64,000 nt of DNA from Candidatus Bathyarchaeota archaeon (GTDB lineage Archaea > Thermoproteota > Bathyarchaeia > Bathyarchaeales > Bathycorpusculaceae). The translations under genes were made by a program, and so were the position numbers. Shown here in pieces: positions 63,590-64,000 of the stretch (positions are counted from its first letter, which is position 1; the number at the start of each line of letters is the position of its first letter). The notes under the pieces were generated by a model. It saw only the letters and a list, made by a program, of their open reading frames with translations, was not told where the DNA came from and searched no databases. The DNA lies in the NCBI GenBank assembly GCA_963768425.1, contig CAVYHV010000017.1, positions 128,001-192,000 on the forward strand. Direction: 5' to 3'.

Positions 63590-63772
63590 TTTAACCGCTG
63601 AACCAACGACAACGTCAAGTTGAACGGATTTGCCAAAGATTCAAGGGAAAGAGTCCCTGAAACGTGTGGACAACAAAACGCGGTTTTAGCGGTCAAATAT
63701 TCAGATAATCTGCCAATCGATAGAAGATTGAGTGGAACAATCGGTTTTTTTTCGATGTTCAGCAAATTATCC
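63590..63772 (-). ncRNA. Candidate structured 5' leader RNA of the cob operon
   Basis: Two consecutive long stems whose non-Watson-Crick pairs are G:U on the mRNA strand; TATA-like CTTATATG at ~63806-63813. Confidence 0.4.
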
Positions 63773-64000
63773 TTTCCCGTGTTTGGTTGGTTTATCCAAC
63801 CTTTTCATATAAGCATTACGGTTTCTACAATCAATCAACACTTAGAAGAATTTTAAGCTCAAAACGCAGGTTTTGAAGCCGCAAATCCGTGGTTGAAATT
63901 CTCCTGCCTAAGCATTTGTCTGAAGGTTTTCCAGAAAGCTTTTAATTGTGTATCGATTGAGGAGTTTACGCTGTTGGGCTCCATGGTCAAAACAAGGCTA

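Noticed and set aside
63277-63765. 162-aa ORF covering the cob leader
   Set aside because: Overlaps the Dph6-like gene out of frame and has no recognisable motifs.
1-64000. CRISPR arrays, tRNA/rRNA genes, programmed frameshifting, antisense ORFs of the track
   Set aside because: No repeat-spacer periodicity or RNA gene signatures seen by eye; frameshift sites share no slippery motif; antisense ORFs shadow well-supported genes.

Overview
Archaeal chromosome segment. Gene repertoire (exosome/proteasome superoperon, PolB1-type polymerase, AglB, CarS, thermosome, archaeal DKFP-type shikimate pathway, lineage-typical secreted proteins) suggests TACK, probably Bathyarchaeia; this is an inference. 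Mostly housekeeping: a 10-gene aromatic amino acid operon, exosome cluster, DNA repair and replication, N-glycosylation, moeA pair, ECF module and cobalamin nucleotide-loop genes. About 20 genes carry single-base frameshifts that look like consensus errors. Three unannotated elements stand out. (1) A 31-codon leader ORF (8594-8689, minus; MSNLALNKENVASWFQSFDYFYYSYFPQAQN) has 9 Trp/Phe/Tyr codons in a 13-codon window, followed by a U7 tract inside a 12-bp hairpin, directly ahead of the aromatic operon: a candidate ribosome-dependent attenuator in an archaeon. (2) A 5506-bp IS6-like cargo transposon (51442-56947) has GGTTCTGTG termini, symmetric internal repeats and a perfect 8-bp target duplication; it carries a MazF-type TA module and a PLD-like gene, and its right end re-creates the TATA-like box it displaced. 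(3) A ~225-nt structured leader precedes the cobalamin operon. Candidate homologs of eukaryotic OSTC/DC2 and PAC4 are also present.
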